In this document: positions 41,815 to 51,871 of the stretch, one piece after another
Layout: each line of letters begins with the position of its first letter
How positions within the stretch are numbered: the stretch's first letter is position 1
Assembly: GCA_041946805.1 (NCBI GenBank)
Contig: JBHGBC010000009.1
Location: 16,372-80,371, forward strand
Origin: a bacterium
Lineage (GTDB): Bacteria > Hinthialibacterota > Hinthialibacteria > Hinthialibacterales > Hinthialibacteraceae
DNA: 64,000 bases
Reading direction: 5' to 3'
Position numbers and translations under genes: made by a program
Notes under the pieces: generated by a model
Databases searched by the model: none
What the model saw: only the letters and a program-made list of their open reading frames with translations
What the model was told of the DNA's origin: nothing

Positions 41815-42435
41815 ATGAAGATCCTTTTCAATCGAATGGGATTCACTCTCATCGAGTTGTTGATTGTCGTGGCGATTATCGGGATCCTGGCCGCCATCGC
41901 GGTCCCCAATTTCATGAACGCGCGAATCCGTGCACAGATCGCCCGGGTGGAGTCGGACCTGAAATCGCTGGCCACCGCCTTGACCATGTACAAGGTGGAC
42001 AACGGCCACGCTCCCCGGGATAATTTCCCCAACCACGGCTGGTTCTACTCGTATAGTCTCCTGACCTCGCCGGTGTCTTATATGAGCGCCGTGATCCCCG
42101 ATGTGTTCCAGGCGGATGACACGCTCCAAGGCTCCGCGGACCACCGCATCGGCGGCCCCAACGGCCCCTTGACCTACGATTACGGAACGGATGTGTTCCA
42201 TGGATACACGGGAGCCAACCGGACCCCCAACCATGCCTGGTATAAGGCATGGCGGAATTCCGAGTGGAAAATCGGCAGTTGCGGTCCGGATCACAAGTAC
42301 TTGAATATCGCCCTCCCCGCGGGCGCCGGGTGGCTGGCGGGATTTTTCTATGATGCTTCAAACGGCCTGACCTCCCCCGGCGATATCTTCCGGGGCGAGG
42401 AGTTCTACAGCAAGGATGCCAAGCAACGGCTGTAA
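41815..42435 (+). CDS. Prepilin-type N-terminal cleavage/methylation domain protein
   Basis: GFTLIELLIVVAIIGILAAIAVPNF; LTSPVSYM; SCGPD; YDASNGLTSPGDI. Confidence 0.9.
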   Translation: MKILFNRMGFTLIELLIVVAIIGILAAIAVPNFMNARIRAQIARVESDLKSLATALTMYKVDNGHAPRDNFPNHGWFYSYSLLTSPVSYMSAVIPDVFQADDTLQGSADHRIGGPNGPLTYDYGTDVFHGYTGANRTPNHAWYKAWRNSEWKIGSCGPDHKYLNIALPAGAGWLAGFFYDASNGLTSPGDIFRGEEFYSKDAKQRL

Positions 42436-42587
42436 GCCTTCTTTCATCCCTACAGGGGATTCTGCGATTCTCAAGTCTTTTCCATCCTGCCTGAATGTAT
42501 GTATATCCGAGCGTATGTAGAGAGGAAGAAACCGCCCCCCCTCTAACTCCCCCTGAATGTAAGGGCTGATCTTTACCCAAAATATAA

Positions 42588-42680
42588 GTGGGTGGGATAG
42601 CGTGCCGGCACGTAATCCATCAAATCCACAACCTCCCTTTTCTACTCCCTCTCCCTCTGGGAGAGGGCCGGGGTGAGGGG
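42588..42680 (+). repeat. Composite REP + hairpin repeat upstream of hisI
   Basis: Similar to 43388-43497 and to the reverse complement of 3691-3779. Confidence 0.7.
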
Positions 42681-42908
42681 AAAAACCTGGATGAAATGAC
42701 AATCCTTCGGTTGGCAGCCAAACCTGGCTAGAGAACGGGAGGGCGAGGCTCCCGTCGAGCCGCTTGGTAATCCAGGCCGATTTATACTATGTCGGTTAAA
42801 TTTCTTCCTCCGTGTTTTCGGCGTTTCTGCGATGAATGTCACTCTCCCCTCCCGCTTGGATCGATTAAGATACAATACCGCCTCAAAACAATGTACGAGG
42901 AGGAATCC

Positions 42909-43391
42909 ATGGATTCGAAGCAATGGTTGGCCCCCCGGGGTGACAAGCGGCAGATCGAGGAAGGGCTCGATTTCGCGCCAAAGTTCGACCAAGACGGCTT
43001 GATTCCCGTCATCACCCAAGACTGCCAAACCCACGAAATCCTGATGATGGCCTACATGAACCGGGACGCGCTGATCAAGACCATCGAACTGGGCGAGGCG
43101 GTGTATTGGAGCCGCAGCCGCCAGGAACTCTGGCACAAGGGCGCGACCAGCGGCATGGTGCAAAAAGTCCGGGAAATGCGCACCGACTGCGACCAGGACG
43201 CCATCCTGCTGCGGGTGGAGATGGTGGGGGGGGCTTGCTGCCATGTGGGCTTCCGGTCCTGCTTCTATCGCTCCGTGCCGCTGGCCGGGGAAGCGCTGGC
43301 TTCCGCTCCGGACGCAGCGCTGAAACTCACGTGCACGGAACGTGAAAAGGTATTCGATCCGGAAAAAGTGTATGGGGATTCCAAAATGTAG
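42909..43391 (+). CDS. hisI: Phosphoribosyl-AMP cyclohydrolase
   Basis: [39 protein letters not shown] and CHVGFRSCF. Confidence 0.95.
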   Translation: MDSKQWLAPRGDKRQIEEGLDFAPKFDQDGLIPVITQDCQTHEILMMAYMNRDALIKTIELGEAVYWSRSRQELWHKGATSGMVQKVREMRTDCDQDAILLRVEMVGGACCHVGFRSCFYRSVPLAGEALASAPDAALKLTCTEREKVFDPEKVYGDSKM

Positions 43392-43524
43392 GATGGGCGA
43401 TTGTTGCAGGATGATTTGGCACGATAGCGCGTATCTCATCAATCCTACCTTCCTTTTGCAATCCCCTCTCCCTCTGGGAGAGGGCCTGGGTGAGGGAAGG
43501 GAGGGCGAACCTCCTGGTGAGCCG
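43388..43524 (+). repeat. Composite REP + hairpin + GGGAGGGCGA repeat downstream of hisI
   Basis: Begins with GTAG overlapping the hisI stop; contains the CCCTCTCCC hairpin, then gggagggcgaacctcctggtgagccg. Confidence 0.7.
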
Positions 43525-43639
43525 GATTCTGGTATTGCGTATACCTGAGTAACTCAATTCCACCCCGATGATCGGGGGAGGTTAGGAGGGGGTTGAAATG
43601 GCAGGCTGGGCTGAGCGTAACGAAACCTACCACTACCAC

Positions 43640-44407
43640 TCAATACGGAAACGTCTCGTTGATCTCCGAATCCGATAATTCCTTCAAATATTGCCCGATG
43701 CGTTCCACCACGATGTCGATGATTTGCTTGCCTTTTTCGGGGGATGCTTTTTTGGGATAACCGACGCCCGCGTTGGTGGTGACGATGTGCCACGGCCGCG
43801 TCACCTGAACCCAACCCCGGTTGATGGCCTCGAAGCGCGAGGCTTTCACGGCCCCGTCATCCGCCCGCGACAGGTCCACCAGCTCGGGAAAGAGATACAT
43901 CACCACGCTGGTTTCCATTTCATCCGCGTGATCGCCGTTCCGGTGCTCGATGATCTCCGCGTACCGGTCGGCCGCCACTTTCCACCATTCCACCAGGCTG
44001 AGAAATATGCTGGTCTTCCCGAAATATTCCCGCAAAGTATTTTTCAGGTCGTTTCCGCCATGACCGTTCAACAAAACCATTTTGCGGATGCCGTGCGCTT
44101 CCATGGAATGAATCACGTCGCCGATAACCCGGTCGAGGGTGGAGGGATTGAGCGAGACGGTCATGGGAAATCCCAGGAGATTGCTGTCCACACCGAAGGG
44201 AATGCCGGGCAGGAGGGCCACCCTGGCGCCTAGCGCGTGCGCCCGTTCGCAAATCAAATCTCCGACCCGTTCGGTCGTGATGGCGTCCGAGCCGTAGGGC
44301 AGGTGCAGATTGTGTGGTTCGGTCGCCCCCACCGGCAGCACCACCACTTCATACGGATGGCTTTTGACATAGTGATAATTAGTCTCAAGGAGTTTCCAAG
44401 GCTTCAT
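43640..44407 (-). CDS. Creatininase family amidohydrolase
   Basis: LPVGATEPHNLHLPYGSD, NGHGGN and DHADEMETS. Confidence 0.92.
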   Translation of the reverse strand: MKPWKLLETNYHYVKSHPYEVVVLPVGATEPHNLHLPYGSDAITTERVGDLICERAHALGARVALLPGIPFGVDSNLLGFPMTVSLNPSTLDRVIGDVIHSMEAHGIRKMVLLNGHGGNDLKNTLREYFGKTSIFLSLVEWWKVAADRYAEIIEHRNGDHADEMETSVVMYLFPELVDLSRADDGAVKASRFEAINRGWVQVTRPWHIVTTNAGVGYPKKASPEKGKQIIDIVVERIGQYLKELSDSEINETFPY

Positions 44408-44915
44408 TCCTTTTTCTCCAGGCCTCCAGAATAATCTCCGCGCAACGGGGGAGAGGGTGGTTGTCGGTCACCAGTTGAAAATCCGCGGCGGCTTCATACA
44501 GCGGTTCCCGGACGCGCAAGACGTCCTTCACTTCCTCCACCGCGGATTTGGCGCCGGTCAACGAAGGCCGATCCGTGTTCCAAGAAATCCGTTCGGCGAT
44601 TTTTTCGGGATCAGACCGCAGCCACACGAGAAATCCGTTCTTCCGCAAGGCGTGAACATTGGCCTGACGAGTGACCACGCCGCCGCCCGTGTCGATAATC
44701 GTCTGGCTATGTTGGACCAGTTCCTGGACCAACGCGGCCTCCGTGTCCCGGAACGCGTCCCATCCATGCCGGGCAACGAAATCCGCGATCCGCTCGCCAA
44801 ACCGCTCTTCCAGCAGGCTGTCCATGTGGAACACGGGCATCGCCAGACGCTGATGCAGCAGATCGGCGATCGTGCTTTTGCCCGTGGCCCGGTATCCGAT
44901 GAGCACCAGGTTCAT
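44385..44915 (-). CDS. aroK: Shikimate kinase
   Basis: LIGYRATGKST, GWDAFRDTE, DTGGGVV and RPSL; ATGA overlap with aroE. Confidence 0.93.
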   Translation of the reverse strand: MNLVLIGYRATGKSTIADLLHQRLAMPVFHMDSLLEERFGERIADFVARHGWDAFRDTEAALVQELVQHSQTIIDTGGGVVTRQANVHALRKNGFLVWLRSDPEKIAERISWNTDRPSLTGAKSAVEEVKDVLRVREPLYEAAADFQLVTDNHPLPRCAEIILEAWRKRNEALETP

Positions 44916-45778
44916 TTGTGACCCAATCCGCTTTCCACCGACTGGCGCATGATCTCCAACGGCGGTTCCTGGCCGGTCCACAGCCGGAACTGCTCCGCTC
45001 CTTGATTCACGAACATCGGCACGCCGTTGAGTATCCGCGCGAACCGCCGTTCCGCCCGCTGGAGCAACAGGGTCTTGGCGGGGTTGTAGATCAGGTCGAA
45101 GACGATGTGGCGTTCGGAGAACCAGGCTTCCTCCACCAGGCATTCGTCCACCTTGGGCGACATGCCCACGGGCGTGGTGTGGATGATGAAATCGGCTTCC
45201 TTGAAGCTATCCCGCATTTCACCGGGATCCAGTTCGGCCGTGGTCACCGGGACAGAGGTAAGAGACACCAGATCGGCGAGCATGGACCGCGCCATCTCTT
45301 TATCTTCCCGGCGGTGAAGCAGATAGATCCGCTTGGGTTTCCGCTCGCAGGCCAGGGTGAAGGCCACGCCCCGCGCCGCGCCGCCCACGCCGAGCACGGC
45401 GATGGTCCGGCCGTCCACTTTTTCCATGGTTTCCAGTGCGCGCAAGGCCCCCACGCCGTCGGTATTGGTCCCGATGAGGCGGCCGTTCTCATTGATGACC
45501 GTGTTCACCGCGCCGATCCGCCGGGCCAGGGGCGTGATCTCGTCCAGATATGGCATGATCGACACTTTATGGGGAATGGTCACCGAAAGCCCCCGGATAC
45601 CGAAGCCCACCATGCCCTCCACGGCTTTTTTCACGTCCTGGACATGAAAGGCCACGTATACGTAGTCGAGTCCAAGCGCCTGGAACGCGGCATTGTGCAT
45701 GCGGGGCGACAGCGAATGCTCGACCGGGTCGCCGATCACCGCGCAAACCCGGGTGGCGCCGGAAATATTTGTAGCCAT
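44912..45778 (-). CDS. aroE: Shikimate dehydrogenase
   Basis: GDPVEHSLSP, SVTIPHK, GAVNT, NTDG, GGAAR and DLIYNP. Confidence 0.95.
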   Translation of the reverse strand: MATNISGATRVCAVIGDPVEHSLSPRMHNAAFQALGLDYVYVAFHVQDVKKAVEGMVGFGIRGLSVTIPHKVSIMPYLDEITPLARRIGAVNTVINENGRLIGTNTDGVGALRALETMEKVDGRTIAVLGVGGAARGVAFTLACERKPKRIYLLHRREDKEMARSMLADLVSLTSVPVTTAELDPGEMRDSFKEADFIIHTTPVGMSPKVDECLVEEAWFSERHIVFDLIYNPAKTLLLQRAERRFARILNGVPMFVNQGAEQFRLWTGQEPPLEIMRQSVESGLGHK

Positions 45779-45987
45779 TCTTTTCCCTATCTGCCAATTG
45801 AGTATTGATCAATACATCGGAAGATACATGCTGAAAATCCATTCATGAGTTTTTATTTTAGAGAAATGAATAACAAAATATACCCCGCCAAAATCGAGAT
45901 TTTACTTTGGAAGCGAGAATCTTTTTGATTCCATTCCGGATTGAATTTCAGGATGGGATCAGTTCATCACGCAATGATGAAAAATAA

Positions 45988-46196
45988 GGTTCATCCGAGA
46001 AGTGCGTACATAATGAGGTAAAATCGATTTCATTCACTCCGGGATGTGGGCGGACACCAAGGTCCGCCCCTACAAAAAAACCCCTCACCCTAATTCTCTC
46101 CCGGAGGGAGAGGGGATTTGGGGTTGATCTCTCGAACCAGTCTGATTAAGACCGCCAGCGTTTTCGGAAGAAAAGTACGCAATTCCCAGATGAACC
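45988..46196 (-). mobile_element. MITE family 1, copy d (inverted)
   Basis: TIRs GGTTCATCCGAGAAGTGCGTAC / GTACGCAATTCCCAGATGAACC (19/22); flanks aaaaataa / aaaaaaac. Confidence 0.85.
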
Positions 46197-46233
46197 AAAA
46201 AAACGCCCCGGACAAGTGACTTCCGGGACGTTT
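46197..46233 (-). terminator. Intrinsic terminator of rpoD
   Basis: Minus strand AAACGTCCCGGA..TCCGGGGCG followed by TTTTTTT. Confidence 0.65.
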
Positions 46234-46268
46234 GATAAGCCCCTTTCATTTCTTGAAAGAGTGAATCC

Positions 46269-48023
46269 TCAATCCACAAAATCCCGCAGCTTCCGGCTGC
46301 GGATGGGGTGGCGCAGTTTGCGCAGCGCCTTGGTTTCGATCTGCCGGACCCGTTCGCGGGTGACGCCGAAGCGGTTGCCGACCTCTTCCAATGTCCGTTC
46401 GTAACCGTCGCCGATGCCGAACCGCAGGCGCAGCACGGTCTCCTCGCGCTCCGTCAACGTCTTGAGGACCGTTTCGATCTGCTCGTTCATGATGTGGTCG
46501 GACGTGCTGTGCGAGGGGGAGGTGACGGTTTTGTCCTCGATGAAATCGCCGAAGTGGGTGTCACCTTCCTCGCCCACCGGGGTTTCCAGGGAGATGGGCT
46601 GCTGGGCGATTTTGAACACCCCGCGCACTTTCTCGACTGGCATGGCGATATGGAAAGCGATTTCGTCGGGGGTCGGTTCGCGCCCCAATTCCTGCACCAG
46701 GCGGCGGGAGATGCGGGTCATCTTGTTGATGGTTTCGATCATGTGCACGGGAATGCGGATGGTGCGCGCCTGGTCGGCGATGGCGCGCGTCACCGCCTGG
46801 CGGATCCACCAGGTGGCGTACGTGCTGAATTTGTACCCGCGGCGGTATTCGAATTTATCGACCGCGCGCATGAGGCCGATATTGCCTTCCTGGATCAGGT
46901 CCAGGAACTGCAAGCCCCGGTTGGTGTAATTCTTGGCGATGGATACCACCAGGCGCAGGTTGGCCTTGACCACGTCCATCTTGGCGAGGTGGGCGATGTT
47001 CTCGCCCTCCTTGATCATCTCCACGATCTTTTCCAATTTCTCCGGCTTGTCCTCCAACTCTTTCTCGCATTTGGACAAGCGGTCCTGGGCGCGGATCAGG
47101 CGTTTGCAATACTGAATCAATTCGTCGCGGGTTTTCCCGGTGCGTTTCTCCAACTCGCTTTTGCCGAAGCTGGTGTAGCGTAATTTTTTGTAGAGGTCCT
47201 TGACATTGCGGGAGCGGAGCTTCAGTTCTTTCTCCACTCCCTGGATTTCCTTCTTGGCATCGTACATCCGCTGGTGCATGGTGAGGATCTTCTTGCCGAT
47301 CCGGCCGATCACCTCGTGGTCGATCTTCATCGCGATCAGCAGGTTTCCCAGGTGGACCTTCTTCCCAATCAATTTGGGCCGGATTTTCTTGCTGATCCGC
47401 TTTTCCAGTTTTTGCACTTCCGCGAATTCTTGCTCCAAGAGGGTCAGTTTGCGCCGTAAGTCGCGGATGATTTTCTGCCGGTCTTTTTCGTCGAAATTTT
47501 CCTTCAGGTCGAAATTCTGAATCACGTCTTCGACCCGCATATGATTCATTTCCAACTTTTCCACCAGGCGGACGATCTCCTTCAACGCCGTGTTGCTCAA
47601 GGCCAACGCCCGGCAGACCTTGAACCGCCCCGATTCGATCTTTTTCGCCAATTCAATTTCCTGATCCCGGTTCAGCAGGGGAACGCGCCCCATTTCCCGC
47701 AAGTACAGCCGCACCGGATCGTCCACCCGGGTCCGCTCCGCCTCCAGAACCGCCTCCTCGCTTTCCGGTTCCTCATCTTCCGGGAGCGGCAGGCTTTTTT
47801 CCGGCGCCGTATCGGAGAGGTTGGCATAATCCTCCACGACGGGAATGTCGAGATCGTTCAGGACTATGAACATGTCGTCGAGTTCCTCGACACTCATGGA
47901 TTCGTCGTTGATCATGCGATTCACATCGTCGTAAGTCAACCGGCCGTTGCGTTCGCCTAGTTCGATGAGTTTTTTGAACTTGGCGCTTTGTTGACGATCA
48001 TCCGTGAGTCCTGGTTTCTCCAT
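46269..48023 (-). CDS. rpoD: RNA polymerase primary sigma factor RpoD
   Basis: [38 protein letters not shown] and [20 protein letters not shown]; start 48023 (alternatives 48047, 48074). Confidence 0.97.
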   Translation of the reverse strand: MEKPGLTDDRQQSAKFKKLIELGERNGRLTYDDVNRMINDESMSVEELDDMFIVLNDLDIPVVEDYANLSDTAPEKSLPLPEDEEPESEEAVLEAERTRVDDPVRLYLREMGRVPLLNRDQEIELAKKIESGRFKVCRALALSNTALKEIVRLVEKLEMNHMRVEDVIQNFDLKENFDEKDRQKIIRDLRRKLTLLEQEFAEVQKLEKRISKKIRPKLIGKKVHLGNLLIAMKIDHEVIGRIGKKILTMHQRMYDAKKEIQGVEKELKLRSRNVKDLYKKLRYTSFGKSELEKRTGKTRDELIQYCKRLIRAQDRLSKCEKELEDKPEKLEKIVEMIKEGENIAHLAKMDVVKANLRLVVSIAKNYTNRGLQFLDLIQEGNIGLMRAVDKFEYRRGYKFSTYATWWIRQAVTRAIADQARTIRIPVHMIETINKMTRISRRLVQELGREPTPDEIAFHIAMPVEKVRGVFKIAQQPISLETPVGEEGDTHFGDFIEDKTVTSPSHSTSDHIMNEQIETVLKTLTEREETVLRLRFGIGDGYERTLEEVGNRFGVTRERVRQIETKALRKLRHPIRSRKLRDFVD

Positions 48024-48670
48024 GGATGGTTTCTCCCCTGCGTTCATAATTGGAACGGATTGCCCCGGTTCCATGCGTGAAGACTCAATTCCGGTTTCTG
48101 GATTTCGTTGGTTTGGGAACGGTTTGTCGCGGGTTTGGATAAGGCGGGAAGGGAATGATCGAGACTCACCTGGGCTCGCCGGGCGTTGGATCGGGAAGAT
48201 CGTGGATCCTCCCCCAACGCGTCCATCCGTACCGTACGAATAAGAGGCTTATCCAATAGATCCTCTCCGAATGTGGCGTACCCACATCAATACTTGAGAG
48301 TCTAGGGAAAAGTATAGACACGTCTTTCCCGCCGAACAAGTGTGTCTGGACACTTTCCAGGAGTCCCGGGAGTCCATCGTGGCCGGGCCGGTTTCATATT
48401 GCTTTCCGCGTGATACCCTTTTGTCAGTCTTCGTTCGTTATAGGGATTGGAGTACTGGCGGGAAGAGTGATTGGGTTTCCCATCCGGGGGCGGCCGGATC
48501 CCTTGGATCTAATCCGGAGCGTGTGGATTCGCCATGCGGAAATCATGGTAGAAAACAATGGAATCATGCGGATTCGCCTCGGCGGCGGGCGGGAGGCGCA
48601 GGTTTCCGTTCGGCGCGGAGAACGGGCCCTATCCATCCGAAAAGGCCGTTTTTCCAGCCTTCTTTCCACG

Positions 48671-50692
48671 GTGCGCTCATTGGTTCAATCATTCGGTCTT
48701 TGGATTTATTTAATGGCCGGTACGCTATTCCCGGCGGGTGGCGAGGAGACTCCATGGCATCCGTTCGCACTCTCCGGGGACCAGGCCCCGGTGAATCTTT
48801 CCTTTCTCCTGGACGCGCCGGCCGGGCAACATGGCTTCCTGGGGATCAAGGACCAGCGCCTGGTGTTCGAGGATGGAACGGCAGCCCGCTTCTGGGGAAC
48901 CGCCTTGAGCGGATCGGCTTGTTTTCCTTCGCCGGAACAAGCGCCGGTGACCGCCGGCCGCCTGGCCCGGTTTGGCGTCAATCTGGTCCGTTTGCATCAA
49001 CTGGACGCGGACTGGGCCGAGCCTAATCTGTTTGCTGAATCCGGTCAACCGGCCTTCCTCTTCAATCCCGAAACCCTGGACCGCCTGGATTATTTTCTCT
49101 ATCAGCTGGAAAACCGGGGGATCTATGTCTGGCTGGGGGGCCTCTCTTCCCGGAGGCTGAAGGAACGGGACGCGGTCCCCGCCGGGCCCTACCTGCCCGC
49201 CGGCCTGAAAGGGTACATCTATTTCGCTCCCGAGTTGCAGAATCTCCATCAGCGGTACCTGGAGGCCCTGTGGACGCACCGCAACCGGTACACGGGACTG
49301 GAGTACCGCGACACGCCGTCGATCGTGTTGACCGATCTGTTTCACGACAACAATCTGCAAATCGATCTTCCCCGTCTGCAGCCGTATGACGCTCTCTTCG
49401 AGGACTTGTGGCGGGGATGGCTTCAGTTCCGGAAGATCGAACCGCCGGTCCCCTTCGATTCCGGTTCCCCCACGCCGGAGATGCGGCGGTTCATCGCGGC
49501 AACGATGGGCCGCGCCCATGTCGCATTCCACAATTTTATGCGTGAAATCAGCGTGAAGATTCCCATCGCCGGTACCGGCGCGGTCCTGTCCTTGCGCGAT
49601 TTGCCCCCGCTTGAGCCGATGGATTTCGTCCAGGCCGGCGGATTGTGGAATCCACCCCAACAGGGCCTCCAGGTTTATTCCAACCGGCGCATGGCCGACG
49701 TGGATCCAAACCAGGAGGCGAATCTCTTCAGCCTGCTGGCTTTCGCCCGGCTTCAGAAGAAACCCTTCGTGGTATCCATGTGGGGTTGCCCGTGGCCCAG
49801 CCCCTTCCGCGCTGAACTGCCGTTGTGGATGGCCGCCATGGCTTGCTGGCAGGATTGGCAGGGGTGTGTCTCCTCGCCGTACGCGGCTCAAGTCGAGGCC
49901 GAAACCGGGGGCATCTCCGGTCCCATGGAAATCCACAATGATCCCGCCGCCTGGGGATTGATGCCGGCCGCCGCACTCCTGTTTCACCGCCGGTCGTTGG
50001 AAGCCGCGCGCCCGGAGGTTTTCATGGCCGTCCCCGAATCGCTCTTGTTGGCCGAAGATCCAGTGACTCCCGCCTTATGCCGGACCACCCGGCTAACGGA
50101 CGCGGCGCGGATCGCGGTGCGTCTGCGCGCCCAGCCGTCCGGAGCCGCGATCCTGCCGCCCACGCAGCCGGCGGATTTGGCTTCCTTCCCGGTCAAAACG
50201 GAACGGCGGAGTGGGCTCCGGCATGACGTCCAACGGGGTCTGGTGTTTGTGGACACGCCGCACACGCAGGCCGTCATCGGGCGCTTGCGGGAAGCGGCGG
50301 CGGACGAGCCGGGCCTTTTGCATATTCAATCCGGCGAGGATTTCGGCGTGGTTTGCGTCAGCAGCCTGGATGGGCAGCCGATTCCCAAGTCGCGGGATTT
50401 GTGGATCACGGTGATTTCGCAGGCGCAAAACCGGGATTTTCGCTCCACGCCTGCCGGGGAGGACTTCCGGATCGACGCGCCGGGACAGGCTCCCGTGCTG
50501 ATTCGGGATACGCCCGCGCGGTTGTTCATCGAAACGCGGCAGACGGATTGGACCTTGCGGACCGTGGACGGGAGCGGCCGGGAAGGCGCTCCCCTGCCGT
50601 ATCAGATCGAAAATAACCGGATTTCCTTCCAGGCAGGGGTTCACGGTTCCCTCTATTATCGTCTATCATGCTCTTCAGCTTCGGCGGAATAA
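48671..50692 (+). CDS. Secreted glycoside hydrolase clan-A (GH5-like) fold protein, probably inactive
   Basis: LLDAPAGQHGF, RFWG, GVNLVRLH, LDRLDY, GIYV and HRNRYTGLEY; start uncertain (ORF open from 48410). Confidence 0.65.
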   Translation: MRSLVQSFGLWIYLMAGTLFPAGGEETPWHPFALSGDQAPVNLSFLLDAPAGQHGFLGIKDQRLVFEDGTAARFWGTALSGSACFPSPEQAPVTAGRLARFGVNLVRLHQLDADWAEPNLFAESGQPAFLFNPETLDRLDYFLYQLENRGIYVWLGGLSSRRLKERDAVPAGPYLPAGLKGYIYFAPELQNLHQRYLEALWTHRNRYTGLEYRDTPSIVLTDLFHDNNLQIDLPRLQPYDALFEDLWRGWLQFRKIEPPVPFDSGSPTPEMRRFIAATMGRAHVAFHNFMREISVKIPIAGTGAVLSLRDLPPLEPMDFVQAGGLWNPPQQGLQVYSNRRMADVDPNQEANLFSLLAFARLQKKPFVVSMWGCPWPSPFRAELPLWMAAMACWQDWQGCVSSPYAAQVEAETGGISGPMEIHNDPAAWGLMPAAALLFHRRSLEAARPEVFMAVPESLLLAEDPVTPALCRTTRLTDAARIAVRLRAQPSGAAILPPTQPADLASFPVKTERRSGLRHDVQRGLVFVDTPHTQAVIGRLREAAADEPGLLHIQSGEDFGVVCVSSLDGQPIPKSRDLWITVISQAQNRDFRSTPAGEDFRIDAPGQAPVLIRDTPARLFIETRQTDWTLRTVDGSGREGAPLPYQIENNRISFQAGVHGSLYYRLSCSSASAE

Positions 50693-50848
50693 GCCGTTCC
50701 TCCGCGCGGGGAGGCGGTTGCAAGGAAAATCCCAACGAATTTCGGTTCGCGGTCCCGGATTTCCACCCCGGCGGCTTAGGTAAAACGGCAGGGGAAATTG
50801 CAGGATCCGGCCTATGGCGCGATCGATCGAGAAGGAGTGAGCCTTCGT

Positions 50849-51790
50849 ATGTCTGAATCCCGGCGTTGCCTGGTAACCGGAGGAGCGGGTTTTATCGGCT
50901 CGCATGTCGTGGAGCAGTTGGTGGCTCAGGGGCACGCGGTGTCCGTGCTGGACGATTTGAGCACGGGCAAGCGGGAGAATCTCCCGAAAAACATGGACCT
51001 CTATGTGTACAACGTCCTGGAGGACATGACGCCGGTTTTTCGCATGGTCAAACCGGAGGTGGTGTTTCACCTGGCCGCCCAGGTCAGCGTTTCGGTCTCC
51101 GTGCGCGAACCGCAGAAGGACGCCACCCAGAACGTGGTAGGAACCATCAACTTGCTCGAGCATTGCCGCCGGCATGGCGTGGAACGGGTTATTTACGCCT
51201 CCTCGGGCGCGGCCTACGGAGAGCCGGAGGCGCTGCCGTTGAAGGAAGAAGACTCCACCCTGGCGGTCTCTCCTTACGGCATCAGCAAGTATGTCGGGGA
51301 ACGGTATTTGTATTATTACCAACAGCAGTATGGAATACTGTTTTTCGCCCTGCGCTTCGCCAATGTATACGGCCCGCGGCAGGATCCCCACGGCGAGGCG
51401 GGCGTCGTCTCTATTTTTTGTGAACGCCTGCGGAAGGGGGAAGAAGCGGTCATTTTCGGCGATGGCCGGCAAACCCGCGATTTTGTGTATGTGGGCGATG
51501 TAGCCCGGGCCTGCGTGATGGCCATGGACGCCCCGCCCGTGACCGGCGTGTTTCCCGCTTTCAATGTCAGCACGCAAAAACCAATCACCATCAATTCCCT
51601 TTTCGACCTGATCGCTAAATTCTCCCAATCCAGACAGTCCCGGATTCACGGCCCCGAACGCCTGGGCGATGTCCGGGATTCCTGCCTTGCCAACGAAAAA
51701 ATCCGCAAATACATCGGATGGAAGCCGGAAGTCGACATCAAGGAGGGAATCCGCCGGACTGTGGCGTTTTTTCAGACCCCCAAGGCGTAG
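50849..51790 (+). CDS. NAD-dependent epimerase/dehydratase (UDP-glucose 4-epimerase-like)
   Basis: TGGAGFIGSH, FHLAAQ, YGISK (YxxxK), NVYGPRQDPHGEAGV and TRDFVYV. Confidence 0.92.
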   Translation: MSESRRCLVTGGAGFIGSHVVEQLVAQGHAVSVLDDLSTGKRENLPKNMDLYVYNVLEDMTPVFRMVKPEVVFHLAAQVSVSVSVREPQKDATQNVVGTINLLEHCRRHGVERVIYASSGAAYGEPEALPLKEEDSTLAVSPYGISKYVGERYLYYYQQQYGILFFALRFANVYGPRQDPHGEAGVVSIFCERLRKGEEAVIFGDGRQTRDFVYVGDVARACVMAMDAPPVTGVFPAFNVSTQKPITINSLFDLIAKFSQSRQSRIHGPERLGDVRDSCLANEKIRKYIGWKPEVDIKEGIRRTVAFFQTPKA

Positions 51791-51871
51791 CCGTCAGGGG
51801 GGAAGGCCGGTTCCCGCGGACCCGGCCGTCGTCTCTCCCGCCGTCCATTCTCCGAAAACAGGATCATCACC

